Source of the DNA: Heptranchias perlo
Taxonomy: Eukaryota
DNA: 64,000 nt
Direction of reading: 5' to 3'
Assembly (NCBI RefSeq): GCF_035084215.1
Contig: NC_090348.1
Coordinates: 46,376,001-46,440,000, forward strand
Shown here: one piece after another, positions 35,153 through 47,120 of the stretch
Layout of the letters: each line of letters begins with the position of its first letter
Numbering within the stretch: the stretch's first letter is position 1
Translations under genes and position numbers: made by a program
The notes under the pieces: generated by a model
What the model saw: only the letters and a program-made list of their open reading frames with translations
The model's database searches: none
Told to the model about the DNA's origin: nothing

Positions 35153-36104
35153 AGCTGACTGTCATTTTGTTGCCAAACCTTTTTTCCTTCCTCCAATTTT
35201 CTCCCCTCTCCTGAAGGTGCTGTCTTCTGCAGGATGCAGTGCCCACAGTTGCCAAGTATTCTGCTGTATATCATTCAATTGGCCATCTTCATTAGTGAAC
35301 CTAGACAGTTAGTGGTGACATATGTTCTTGGGGTGTGAGTGCCACTGGAAAGGCTGGTATTTATTACCCATCCGTAGTTGCCCTGCGAAGGTGGTGGCAA
35401 CCAAGTGGCTTGTTAGGCTACTTCAGAGGGCAGTTAAGTCAACCACTGGTGCCAGTCTTGTCACGTATAAGCCAGATCGGGTAAGGATGACAGGTTTCTT
35501 TTGAGTTGAGTTTTTTTACAACATCCCAGCAACTGAGTGGGACACATTGCAGCCGAATCTGATCCTGACCATGATTACCTTCCACGTGCATGCTGTCTAG
35601 CAAGGGTTAGTTACTAGATGGCAATCAAGAGCTAGAACCCTTTCTGGATGTCCTTCCCACCCCCCAGTCAGTGACTCCACTCCCCAATTGCTCAGAGACC
35701 AATTGTTGCATCCCAACTACTGGAAATTGAACCTGGCCTATTTTGGTCTAAATGGCCACTGTGGTGCAGGATATTTCAGCAACATGTGGAGTGGGGATCC
35801 AATCTGTTATACTGCTGGGAAGGGTCTGAGAAGAATACCAAATCGAAGCTAGGTACCCCACAGGAGGAAGAATTGAGACTTACCCCCAAGCCATTATCAT
35901 ATGACTTGTAGAGACAGCTCCAGAGTGTCATCAGGAAAGCCTGAGAGCCAGTGACTATTCGGCATCTAGAAACTAGAAAGGAAAAGAGAAATTTCAACCA
36001 TACACTTGTTATAAGTGTGTTTCAGCTCCAGCGATGTACTGCAATAGCGGAGGCCACCTGCAGTCTGTCCCAAAGGTGTCCATCTCAGAGAAGCTTCTTG
36101 ACAC

Positions 36105-36668
36105 GGCTACGGTAGTGTAGTGGTTTTGTTACTGGCCTAGTAATCCAGATGCCTGGACTAATAATCCAGAGGACAAGAGCTCAAATCCCACCACAGCAAT
36201 TTGAGTTTCGTTTAAATTAGCTGGTATCAATAAAAGTGACTGTGAAGCTGCTGGGTTGTTATAAAAACTCAACTCAAGAAACCTAAAACAAAAGCAAAAT
36301 ACTGTGGATGCTGGAAATCTGAAATAGAACAGAAAATTCTGGCAACAAACGGGTCAGGCAGCATCTGTGGTGAAAAAGAGTTAAAGGTCATCGACCTGAA
36401 ACGTTAACTCTGTTTTGCTGTCCACAGATGCTGCCTGACCTGCTGAGTGTTTCCAGCATTTTCTGTTCTTACTTCAAAAGAAACCCGTTGTCCCTGCATG
36501 ATATGGGCCAGTACTGACTCCAGCCTTGCACCATTGTGGTTGACTGTTCACTCCCTCTGAAGTGGCCTAGCAAACCACTTGGTTGCTACCACCTTCTCGG
36601 GGTAACTAGGGATGGGCAATAAATGCTGGCCTTGCCAACGGCGCCCACGTCCTGAGAATAAATGAAAC
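36105..36668 (+). mobile_element. tRNA-type SINE of a further family, interrupted by a palindromic insertion at 36284-36477
   Basis: Head GGTAGTGTAGTGG..TCAAATCCCACCAC and tail GGGATGGGCAATAAATGCTGGCCTTGCC; insertion flanked by AAGAAACC at 36276-36283 and 36478-36485. Confidence 0.65.
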
Positions 36669-37241
36669 TGTGTGATGTATGCTGATTACCTGTGTGCTGC
36701 CATAGAGAAGCTAAAAGATTGCTTAGTTATACAAGCTTTTGTTCTGAGAAGGGGAGAACAGAGGAAGAAGCAGTTGGATTTAAAGTGACTGAACCCAGGC
36801 TGTTTGTGTCCCTCCTAGTAATCAGCTAGGAGATCACTGGCAAAGGTACAACCTGCCTGGCACCTTCCTGGCAAGTGAATGATGCATGAGAAGGGCAGTG
36901 CAACAAAACTTAATTACTTGGCATTTTAGCCCAAATATATTACTTTAATCGGTGCCCTGATGAAGCGGGTCACCTTCATTGTTAACTGACCTTTTCTCCT
37001 CCAGATGTTCTGTATACCCAGCATTGTGTATTTTTAAAATTTGATTTCCAGCACTTTTGAATTTTTCTCTGTAAATTCTAATGTAAAGAAAAAGTTTGTT
37101 CAGTCTCTTTTCTCTCCCCTCCCCACTACTGTGAATACTGTTTCTGCCTCCAGACACTGTGCGCACACAACATAGACCAAATCTTTGGGTTTAACTTTTT
37201 TTTCCTTTTTTTCCCCCCCACCTTTCAGAAACACCACGGAT

Positions 37242-37465
37242 ATGATGGGTTTGACAAAGCTCATTCTGTACCTGACCATGTGTGGCGTCTATGCTCTAAG
37301 CAAACCCACCGAGAAGAAAGATCGTGCTATCCACGAGAAGGAGCTGAGTGACAAGGTGCACGATGACACGGAGAACTTCGAATACGACCACGATGCCTTC
37401 CTTGGAGCTGAGGAGGCAAAGACATTCGACCAGCTCACTCCTGAGGAGAGCAAAGAGAGGCTTGG
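37242..37465 (+). CDS. CALU: Calumenin exon 2 (signal peptide and N-terminus; exon starts at 37229)
   Basis: cctttcAG acceptor; [58 protein letters not shown]; GT donor, phase 2. Confidence 0.96.
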
Positions 37466-40008
37466 GTGTGTAAGAACATGTCAGAAAATGTTTAACACAT
37501 AATGGTTTGCACTGGAAAAGTTGTAGAGCTGACCACAAACTCATCTTCAATATTCTGTCAGCGCACTGCTCCCTTTTATTGCATTTGAAAGGGTGCAGGA
37601 ATTGGAAGTATAATTGCTAGGAGTTGGACTCTGTATCACAAGACGTATGGGGATCCTCCTTGGTGCAAGTTGGGTTCTATACCACCATAGATGCAACGTG
37701 TTCCTCCCTCGATGGGAGTTGGGTACTTTGGCATTAGTGGTGTGGAGAATCCCTCACTGTTGGGAGTCGGGTGCTTTAACCACCATGGATTGTTCCTTGG
37801 CAGTCAGGCATTGTAGCAACAGAGGGGTTAGGAACTTCAAATTGGTAGGTCACTGCCAGTTCCAACTTATCTGGCTGTTGCCTTTATCCTTTTTTAAAAT
37901 AAGTAAATAAATAAATTAAATCTTAATTAAAGGTTTGCAGTAGTTTTGTTAAAACCACCCTCTGCAGGAACATGAACAGCTGGGTCAGTTAGCATCTGTT
38001 TATTCTGTTCTTTAGTGTCTAGTCAGGTAAGCACCACTTTCAAGCCCTTGGTAACACCTATATAACTTTTGAAGTGTTGATGCTGTGTTCTCTGCAACGA
38101 GCAGTTTGTATAAGCCATTAATGGGTTGCATTAATCCTCCCTGAGCCACAAATGTGGATAATGGTGGGCGTAATATGGCACTGTGTCCCTACTGGCTGCT
38201 CGGAACTTCTGCCAGAATGGGACTTCAGGGTCCTGAGGTTTTTCAGACTGTTGATTATTTGCTCAGCATAAACCACAGAAGGAGTGGAAAGTGTACTGAA
38301 TTAAAATGAGGCATTTGGCAGCTTTAAAAGGAGGCCATTTAATATAATGCCTTAATGTGTGTTTCTGTGTAAGGGTTCAGGCAGGGAGAGCTAAATAATG
38401 CAGTGCTGTATTCCCAGTTTGAATGTGTTTTACCTCCAATGTACCTCTTGTCTCCCTGGGAGACACTGATTGGGGCCAGGTGGGTAATGTACTCGCAGTC
38501 TCCTCCTAATGACAACCTGGTCAGCTGCTGGGAGGTGCTTTCTTTCTAATTTGTTGTTCTCCCTGTCAGGAAACTGTTAACCTGATGGCTGAAGAACTAA
38601 TGCCATTCATTTGGAATGTCTTTACTAAGGGAAGAATGGAGATTATTTGCTCTGAGGGGTGGGTTTGTAATTCTGTGCAATGTTGTCACCAAGATTTCAG
38701 TAAAATGGGGATATGGAATTTTCATGTGCTGTGTCCAGTTCAATTGTACAGAAACACCCTGCAGTGAAATTCTAGATTCTGTCCTTCCAACTTGGTTGTT
38801 TCTGGATGGGGCATTCTGAGCTTGAGGGTGTGGCTGTAGTACTGATCGTTATAGTTCTATCATTGCAATGACAGTGGGGGCAATTTGAGCATTTGGCACA
38901 ATAGCAGGTATAATATCTTTCGCTTTAGAGTCTACCAATACACTAAACCCAGTGACTGCACTGAACAGAGTGTTTCTTTTCATGGCAAGCTGTTGCCATT
39001 GAGATTTAACTGACCTGTTTCCTGTCCAGTCTTACCTCTAAACCTGATGTCTTTTAGAAATAATACTGACTCTTTCCAGGGTATACTTTCTCAAGTTGGG
39101 TCCTCTGCGCTGAGTTCGCTGATCTCGGCTGGGTTGGTGGAAGGTGTGTTACAATTAGTCTCTGCCTCTGAGCTGAAAAGGAGGAGGTGAAATTATTCAA
39201 GGTACCCACTCCTGACCATTGCACAGTGACTCCCATAGGGAAGTTGCTCGGGTACTGAGGTTGGTACAGGCAGAATCAAACTTCCCTGTAGGCGAATCGT
39301 CTCAACATTTACTGTTTAGATTTGCATGTGAAGAATATCTCCTTGGATGAGGTACTGGTGGGGAGCTTTTGGTGCACATAGAATTGTATCCCAGCAAGAA
39401 TCAGACCCATTAAGTGAAGAGGGGTGAGCATTTTTTTCTTCTGGAAATAAATGTAATGAAAGATGCAAGTTAATTCATGGTGAATAACTAACTCTTTTTA
39501 AGCTCATTGTGTAACAGTGAGTCCCTACGACATGCTCACTTGAAAACTGGTTTTGTTCACCGGAATTCTGAAGCTCTGAGTTGTAACTGAGTGAGTGCTG
39601 TGGCTTTCATTTACTTCCTTACAGAGCATGGCCTTGTTCCACAGCTTGTGACTAAAATCCTTTTGTTTGAGTGATCACTTGATAGCCTCGTGCTCGTATG
39701 CAAACAAACTTTTGATTTTCTAACTTTGCTGGTTCCCTCTCTCTCGGCAATCCTCAACTGTTCATCCACCTATGGTCTTTCTACACCCAACCCTAGGTCA
39801 TAGCTTGCACACACCACTCTTCAAATCTGATCTAGGTGTTCCCCCACTCCACCCACCCCCCAACCATCAGTGGCAGAACACTTCCCCGCCTTCAGCCCTT
39901 GCTACTTCCTTCCCCACCTTCGAAAACCTCATTTAATAAATCTACTTCAACGTGCCACATCTCCTAATTCCGCTGCTCCTATTTTTGTCAGAAATCTAAC
40001 AGTGAAGT

Positions 40009-40085
40009 CATTCGCCTGATGAAGGGGATAATCTCCGAAAGCTTGTGATTTTAAAATAACCTGGTGTTGTAAGATTCCTTACATT
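40009..40085 (+). mobile_element. 77-bp Penelope-like end with a minimal hammerhead ribozyme fold and 12-bp TSD
   Basis: TAACAGTGAAGT at 39997-40008 and 40086-40097; TCGC-CTGATGA-A-GGGGA-TAA-TCTCC-GAAA-GC-TT-GTGA at 40012-40048. Confidence 0.75.
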
Positions 40086-41548
40086 TAACAGTGAAGTGCC
40101 ATGGGATGTTCTGCTACATTAAACATGAGTTGTCTGTCTCATCTCCAGTAGAGATTCAGTTAAATCTGAGTCCAAACTGGGCTTGGGACACAAGAATTTT
40201 TAACATGGGTTTATTGAGACCCAGTACACCTGCGTTGGCTCTCAACCATCCATTTTCTCACCATACTCCTTTTTTTTGGAAATGTGTCCAATTGTAACTT
40301 GCAATGTGCAGTATTCCATCACATATTTAATACATGTACCTATGGCGTTCTGGTTCTCCCATACCAGGTCAGGGTTTGTGCAGAATAAAAACTCTGCCCA
40401 CCGTTGTGATATTTTCCCCACACTAGCAATCTCTGATTTGAGTTGTCGGTTATGACCTTTTGTGTGCCCACTTGGTACATGGCTTGAGACTGCCCCAAAC
40501 TCAATTCCTTTGTGACCTTGAGAGGGAGATACTGATTTAATTCCACTAATCTGGCTGGATTTGAATCCAGGTTCTACAGCTGAAAAAAAAGTACCACACT
40601 ATTCTAAGTAGCCTTTAGGGGTTCCCTGAAGGTTTGATGGGTAAATGCACTAATGTGTTATTGAACCATGAAGATCAGGATGACCCAAAGGTCAATCACT
40701 GTGCTGCTACCTGATCTCAGCTTGACCAGCACTGGGGACATGACAGTTGGTCTGTTTGTCTGTGCTGGAGAGATGAGAATCTGCCAAGACCTGCTGATCC
40801 CTATGCAGTCAGTCCAGCTAGAAAGTATGCTGCCATCTAGAGAGGGTAGGATTTGGATGTAGCACACCCAATCTTCTTCTCTCTCTTTTCTCTCGTACTA
40901 CTTTCTCCATTCTTCACCACCCCCATGATCAAATAGACTAACACTCATGAAGAATGGCAACATGGACGAGTTATTGGAGGGACTCGTGCACATGCAGAGT
41001 TGTTCCCAGCATGAGTCACTGCCTTGGGGGAAGGGACGGACTTTGTTACAGGCCTATTTGAAAAATGGGCGCTCTGGAATGGTACTAACAACCTCTAGTA
41101 TGAAGGCTATGTCATTTTCTCTTAGATGCTGTACGATCCCTTCGCAGCCCCATACCTGCACAGTAGAACTAACAGTCTTCACCAAAGGCACTTTTACATT
41201 GAAAGGGTGCTAAAAAAGAGCAGAGGTGCAGTACTGCTGCAGCTGGTACCACTCTCAATATAAAATGGGGATCCTCTAGATGTCCAATACCGTGGCATCT
41301 GGCCTTCACTTAAATCTGCAGCTGCATTTTTATTGCCTTTTTTACCTATGAATCGCTGTTTTTTGGCCCGCAACAGCCCTTGGATTGAGGTGGCTGTAAG
41401 AGAAAGGTAAATGGGGGAGAGTGCCCTACAGAAGCCTCTGTTTGTGTGACTCTCCAGGATCCCCTAACTCGAATGTAAAAGTGCCTGTAGATCAGCTTCT
41501 CCAAGCTCCTTTCCTAACCTTTCCCGGGTTTTGTGACTCTCCCAACAG

Positions 41549-41742
41549 AAAAATTGTAGATAAAATCGACGGAGACAAGGATGGGTTTGTTACAGAGGAG
41601 GAACTTGAGAAATGGATTAAATTTACACAAAAGCGTTGGATTTACGAGGATGTCGACCGTCAGTGGAAGGGTCATGATCTAGACGACGATGACCTCGTGA
41701 CCTGGGAGGAGTACAAAAATGCGACCTATGGGTCCCTGCTGG
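41549..41742 (+). CDS. CALU: Calumenin exon 3a (mutually exclusive; EF-hands 1-2, calumenin-1 type)
   Basis: 194 nt, AG..GT, phase 2 to 1; [53 protein letters not shown]. Confidence 0.95.
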
Positions 41743-41820
41743 GTAGGTTTTTTTGGTAAACCCTCTAAGGCCCAGAGTCTGACCCTGCCATCTACACGTT
41801 TTTTGTCTCTCTCTTTGTAG

Positions 41821-42014
41821 AATGATAGTAGATAAAATAGATGGGGATAAGGACGGATTTGTGACGGAGGCAGAGCTGAAGGCCTGGATAAAGAGGGCTC
41901 AGAAGAGGTACATCTTCGAGAATGTTGGGCGCCAGTGGCCAGATTTCGACAGTAACCAGGACGGGTTTGTCTCCTGGGAGGAGTACAGAAACGTAACGTA
42001 CGGCTACTACCTGG
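41821..42014 (+). CDS. CALU: Calumenin exon 3b (mutually exclusive; EF-hands 1-2, calumenin-2/crocalbin type)
   Basis: 194 nt, AG..GTAAG, same phases as 3a; [49 protein letters not shown]. Confidence 0.95.
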
Positions 42015-42930
42015 GTAAGGAGCAGCGGGGCAATGAGCAGCATGCAAATAATTGAGGGGGTGGGGTGGGGGTGTCCAATGGCAGTAAATTGAAGGTGGAA
42101 TTATGGTGCTGAAATACCGTGCTGTGGGTTACTGGGATTCAGAGTGAATTCTGATGCTCCTGGCGTTACTGGAGACTTCAACTTCACTAATTTACGCTTA
42201 CGGAGATTGGTAGATCAGCAATAAAAGTTCTTCTCTTGTCCATCAAAAAAAGTGCAATTATACTCTCGCCTGCAATTTTATCCTTTCCCCCCCCCCCAAC
42301 TTGTTTCCTCCTCCTCTGAAGGCAGTGGCTCCTGATAGCTATGGTTAGGAAGGAACATACAAACAGGAGGAGGCCATTCAGCCCCTTGAACCTGTTCCAC
42401 CATCCTATTAGATCATGGCTGATCTGTACCTCAAATCCATTTACCTGCCTTTGGTCCCTAACCCTTGATATCCTTACCCAAAGTTCGATCAATCGCCCTC
42501 TTGAAAATTTCAATTGACCCACAGGCTTTGGGAGAGCGAGTTTCAGATTTCCCCTACCCTTTGTGTGAAAGTGTTTCCTGATTTTATTTCTTAATAGCCT
42601 AGAAGGTGAAGTACAGTGGGAGGAGGCTCATGTGGAGCATAAAGACTGGCATAGACCTGTTTGGCTGAATGGCCTGTACTGTGCTGTAAAATTCTGTGAA
42701 CTTTCAGAGCTTCCTGGATAGTGCTCAGGAGTAGGAATCCTGGTTTACTTTTCCTCTCCCTCCCCTTTAACATGATTCAGGGCAATAGCAACATTCTGCT
42801 GATACCTAGAACAAATACATCCATCGATTTGAAGCTTGGACCACGTTGGTCTGTATTGCCCAATGCTATGGTGCATTTTCACTGTCATTAGAAGTTAAAT
42901 TTGAACTGGGACTGGGACCTCCTTCATGTT

Positions 42931-43179
42931 TAAGGAATCTTACAGCACCAGGTTATAGTCCAACAGTTTTATTTGAAAATCACAAGCTTTCGGAGATTAT
43001 CTCCTTCGTCAGGTGAGTGAGTGAAAGGTTCTCAAATCGCATATTTCACTCTCTCTCCTGACGAAGGAGATAATCTCCGAAAGCTTGTGATTTTCAAATA
43101 AAACTGTTGGACTATAACCTGGTGTTGTAAGATTCCTTACATTTGTCCACCCCAGTCCATCACCGGCATCTCCACATCA
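42931..43179. mobile_element. Palindromic Penelope-like element end with hammerhead folds on both strands and 11-bp TSD
   Basis: TCCTTCATGTT at 42920-42930 and 43180-43190; inverted arms of about 95 bp; hammerhead cores at 42980-43016 (minus) and 43054-43090 (plus). Confidence 0.82.
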
Positions 43180-45845
43180 TCCTTCATGTTGGCAATTGAG
43201 GTCCGTATCAGTTAATACCATCTGTCAGCTTTGGTATTAAATCTGTTTCACATCAGGGTTCAGATCTATAGACTTTTTAAAAAGCAGCACACTATTTTCA
43301 TCGTGCACTAGTTTTCCATACATGGTCACTCTAGCACATGACTGCTTTCCAAGTGGCCTTGCGGGGAGAGGGGGGTAGAACCGCTGCACCTTTCTCTGGC
43401 TGCTTCCTTCCAGCATTTCCGTGGCTCCACCCATCACCACAATCCTACCACTGCCGCATCCGTCCACTCAGGCACCGCCTCGACCTCATTCATTCACCAG
43501 GTAAGTCCTTGAATTTTTCCTTTTAAATTATATGAGGAGACTTGGTGAGTTAAACGTTCTCCATTTGCATCCAAGACCAATAGCTCACTCTGATGGGATG
43601 GAAGTCTCCTTTGTAAGATCCTACCTAACGACTTCGGGTAGTCTCAATCCAGCTCCTACTGGAAGTTGATGCACAGCATAAAAAGCCCTAAATTCAAAAC
43701 TAAACGGCATTCTCGTTTGAGTAGTCGCAAAATGGCTGCTGAAGAAGGGTAATGTTAAATTGGTGGTATAAGGGGTGCTTTTCTAAAGTTGGGCCAAGTG
43801 GAAGGAGCTTTATTTTATATCTGTGTACTTGATATTGGTTACCTGAATGGGAAAGGGTTCCATCCCAAGCACAAAATAGTAAAAAAAAAGTGATATCTCT
43901 TTGGAATTAATGGAAATTGTTGTGTAAAGGGAAAATTTACCTGGTTTGTTAGATGCAATATTTTATCCAAATGGTATAAGGCACTCAAAAGCACTGTCTT
44001 GTGTCTGATTAATTGCAGCAAACCCACTGGCTGGAATAAGTGTAGTGTTGGACAGTTTATGTATGTGTGTATAAAAAGTGCCAGGGGTTTGCGGGGAAGA
44101 GAAATCTTGTGAATAAATGAGGCGGGTCTTCTATCAGAGTGCTGTAACTATGCCTCAGCTCAGTGCATCAGTGTTTGCTATTGTAGGAGATGTACCAGTC
44201 AATGGACAGCTTGGTGAGGCACACGCACAGGGGAGGTGCAGCATTTGTAACCATACCTTGTCTCCACTGCAGCTGCTGGGAATTCAGTGAGATGGGTTTG
44301 GCCATTGAGCCACACAAGTCTATCTCATGTAATATTTATTTAAAAGAACAGCTTAACTTATAGTCACATCAACGTGTGGGAGTTTTAAGGAGCAAAAGTA
44401 AGGGTTTGTGCAGCTAAAAAAATTCTAACTTGGGTCTCTGCTTGTTGATGGCAGGTGAATTGCGAGTTGGTGAATCTAGTAAGAAAGTGTCTTGAGTTGT
44501 AGGCTTGGGTGCATTAGTTAATACTGAGCCCTGTTGTAGATTGAATTTGTGTTTTAAAATGGACATGGTGCACTCAGTGCTGTATTAGCCATTGCGGTGT
44601 TGAATGTTTTGGGGTTTTCTAGTGTTGAATGATTCATTGGTATACAGAAAGATTTTAGGTTAGAGACTGGCATGCAGGAAATATGTCGGGATCAGCCACC
44701 TGATTTGGAGGGGGTGGAGAGAGGAGTTTGCTTTGACATTGTGCCACTGGACATTTAGTGGTTGGCACATCTCTTCTATGTTAACATCACGAAGGGACTA
44801 GGATATTTCAGCACTTCACAGTACATGAACGGTGTAAATTGGTGTCTTTTCATGTTCAGTGCCCCTATTGTCACAACAAACTGGCAACTTGTCAGTCCAA
44901 GTCTTGGGCAGTTCTCCCAGCATTGACCCTGGTAACTGACTCATGCCAGCTGGTAAATACGCATTCTGTGTTTGGATGAGAGCGTTGTTGTTTTCTCCCC
45001 ACTCTGAAGCACTGACTGTGAGTGTAGTACCACCAATGCTGGCAGCCCTCCGGTACCTTGATCAAATGGATATTTATGTGTGAGCCAAGATGGCAAGCGA
45101 TCAATGCAGCTCAAACTGTCCCCTCCTCAACTGATGCCCTTGTACTCTCCAGGAGGGATCAATGGATGGGGATCAGGAGTAGGAATCCTGACTTTTTTTC
45201 CACCATTTTCCTGCTCCCCTCTTCCCATTGATCACCAAGGCCAATTGTAATGTCCTGATTCAGATAACTAACTAACTTGGCTCAGAATAGAGATGAAACC
45301 CAAGACCTTCCTGTTGAGAAGGTTTTGAAAGCACTTTTTATAAATGGGGAAAACTCACTGGGAACGTGAGTCATGATGTTTTGATGTTCTGTGGTTCTGC
45401 CATGGGATTGTGGAAACACACCAACTAGCCTCAAGATTGATCTGGTTTGCCTTTCATTGTGCACAAAGTAACATGAGAAAATGCCAAGCTCCATTCCCAG
45501 CAGAGTTTCCTGCTGTAGCGCAGCACCTAAGGCAAAGAGTGAAGTACTTCAAAAACTTAAATATAAACGGTCATTGCTGCTGTTCCAACAATCACTGCCA
45601 GTTAGCGAACTTTATCTCAGAAGGCATCAAGGGGTATGGGGAGAGCGGGAATATGGTATTGAGATAGAGGATCAGCCATGATAATATTGAATGGTGGAGC
45701 AGGTTCGAATGGCCTACTCCTGCTCCTATTTTCTATGTTTCTATCTCAACCCTGGCATTATCTTTGGGACCGATCATTCATTCACTTGTGCCTCCGTTTA
45801 CCCACGTTGGATTTATTCTCTCCACTCCCTGTTTGATCTCCACAG

Positions 45846-46012
45846 ATGATGTGGATTCTGACGATGGTTACAACTACAAACAGATGATGGCAAGAGATGA
45901 GCGCCGGTTCAAAAGGGCTGACCAAAACGGTGACCTGTTTGCCACAAAAGAGGAGTTCACTGCCTTCCTGCACCCAGAGGAATACGACCACATGAAGGAC
46001 ATAGTTGTGCTG
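45846..46012 (+). CDS. CALU: Calumenin exon 4 (EF-hand 3)
   Basis: 167 nt, AG..GTGAGT, phase 1 to 0; [48 protein letters not shown]. Confidence 0.96.
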
Positions 46013-47059
46013 GTGAGTGTTGCCATGTTTTTCCCCCCTCTTAAACTGGAGAAGATTACACACAATTACCTAATGTACATCACAGAAACAGGCCCTTCAG
46101 CCCAACAGGTTTATGCTCCACACGTGCCACCTCCCACCTTACTTCATCTTACATCTCACCCTGCATCTAATCCTATCAGCATATCCTTCTCATTCTTTCT
46201 CCCTCGTGTACTTATCTAGCTTCCCCTTAAATGATTGTGTATCAAGATGCAGAAGAGCTGACTGAATATCTGACATGGGATGGGATTGAGGGTTAGAAGG
46301 ATAGACTGCACTACGAGACTTGACTGTACTTTGGCTTCTTGGAACCGAGCAGCTGGTCAGGACTGAGTAACAAGGATTGTGACGTTACATTTTGTTATCG
46401 GAACATAAGGAATGTACAGGACCAGAAAGGACCACATGGCCCATTTGACTGATCCCAAAATTCCCCAAAAAACACATCCTGTAAAATGCTTGCTCTTGTC
46501 TCAATTGCATCGTTTACCAGAAAACTATCCAGTTAGATTTTTCTTGTTAGATCTATCTTTAGATTTGTAAAAACAGCCCTTTCCACCTTCATCTCCACGA
46601 GCATCCTGTCACACACAAGCACCACCCTGCAATGTTAAAGCTAAGCTATCTGATGTCCTTCTGGGCTTGTGTCTGTCTCCTTAGTTAAAGCTTGTGTACT
46701 ATTCAGAGACTTTTCATTGTTCTTATATATTTTCTTTGTGGCTGTTCACCACCTTTTTCTGGCGGTTGATTGATTAAACTAGGAGTGTCCACAACAGTGG
46801 TGATTTGTACATGATTGAATGGCAAGTGAAGGTTCAATGGTTGCCTTAATTGCCAGCTTTAAATTTCTGGTTGTATAGAGACTTGGACTCTGCAAGGGAC
46901 AAGACTCCCAATATGGACACTTGCTATGTTAATTCCATTTTTACTAGTTTTGACTTTAAACAGTAAGCAGAACTCATATTCTGATTTGAGCCATATTATT
47001 TCCTCCTGCTGTTGAAGGTTTATCCATAGAAATAGACAAAAGCTTTGTTTCTCTGGCAG

Positions 47060-47120
47060 GAAACCATGGAAGACATTGATAAGAATGGAGATGGATTCAT
47101 TGATCTGGAGGAGTATATTG
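47060..47120 (+). CDS. CALU: Calumenin exon 5 (EF-hand 4)
   Basis: 61 nt, AG..GTAAGT, phase 0 to 1; [21 protein letters not shown]. Confidence 0.96.

Noticed and set aside
41549-42014. Tandem exon copy as an assembly artefact or an extra EF-hand pair
   Set aside because: The two exons are well diverged, each matches a known isoform, and joint inclusion breaks the frame.
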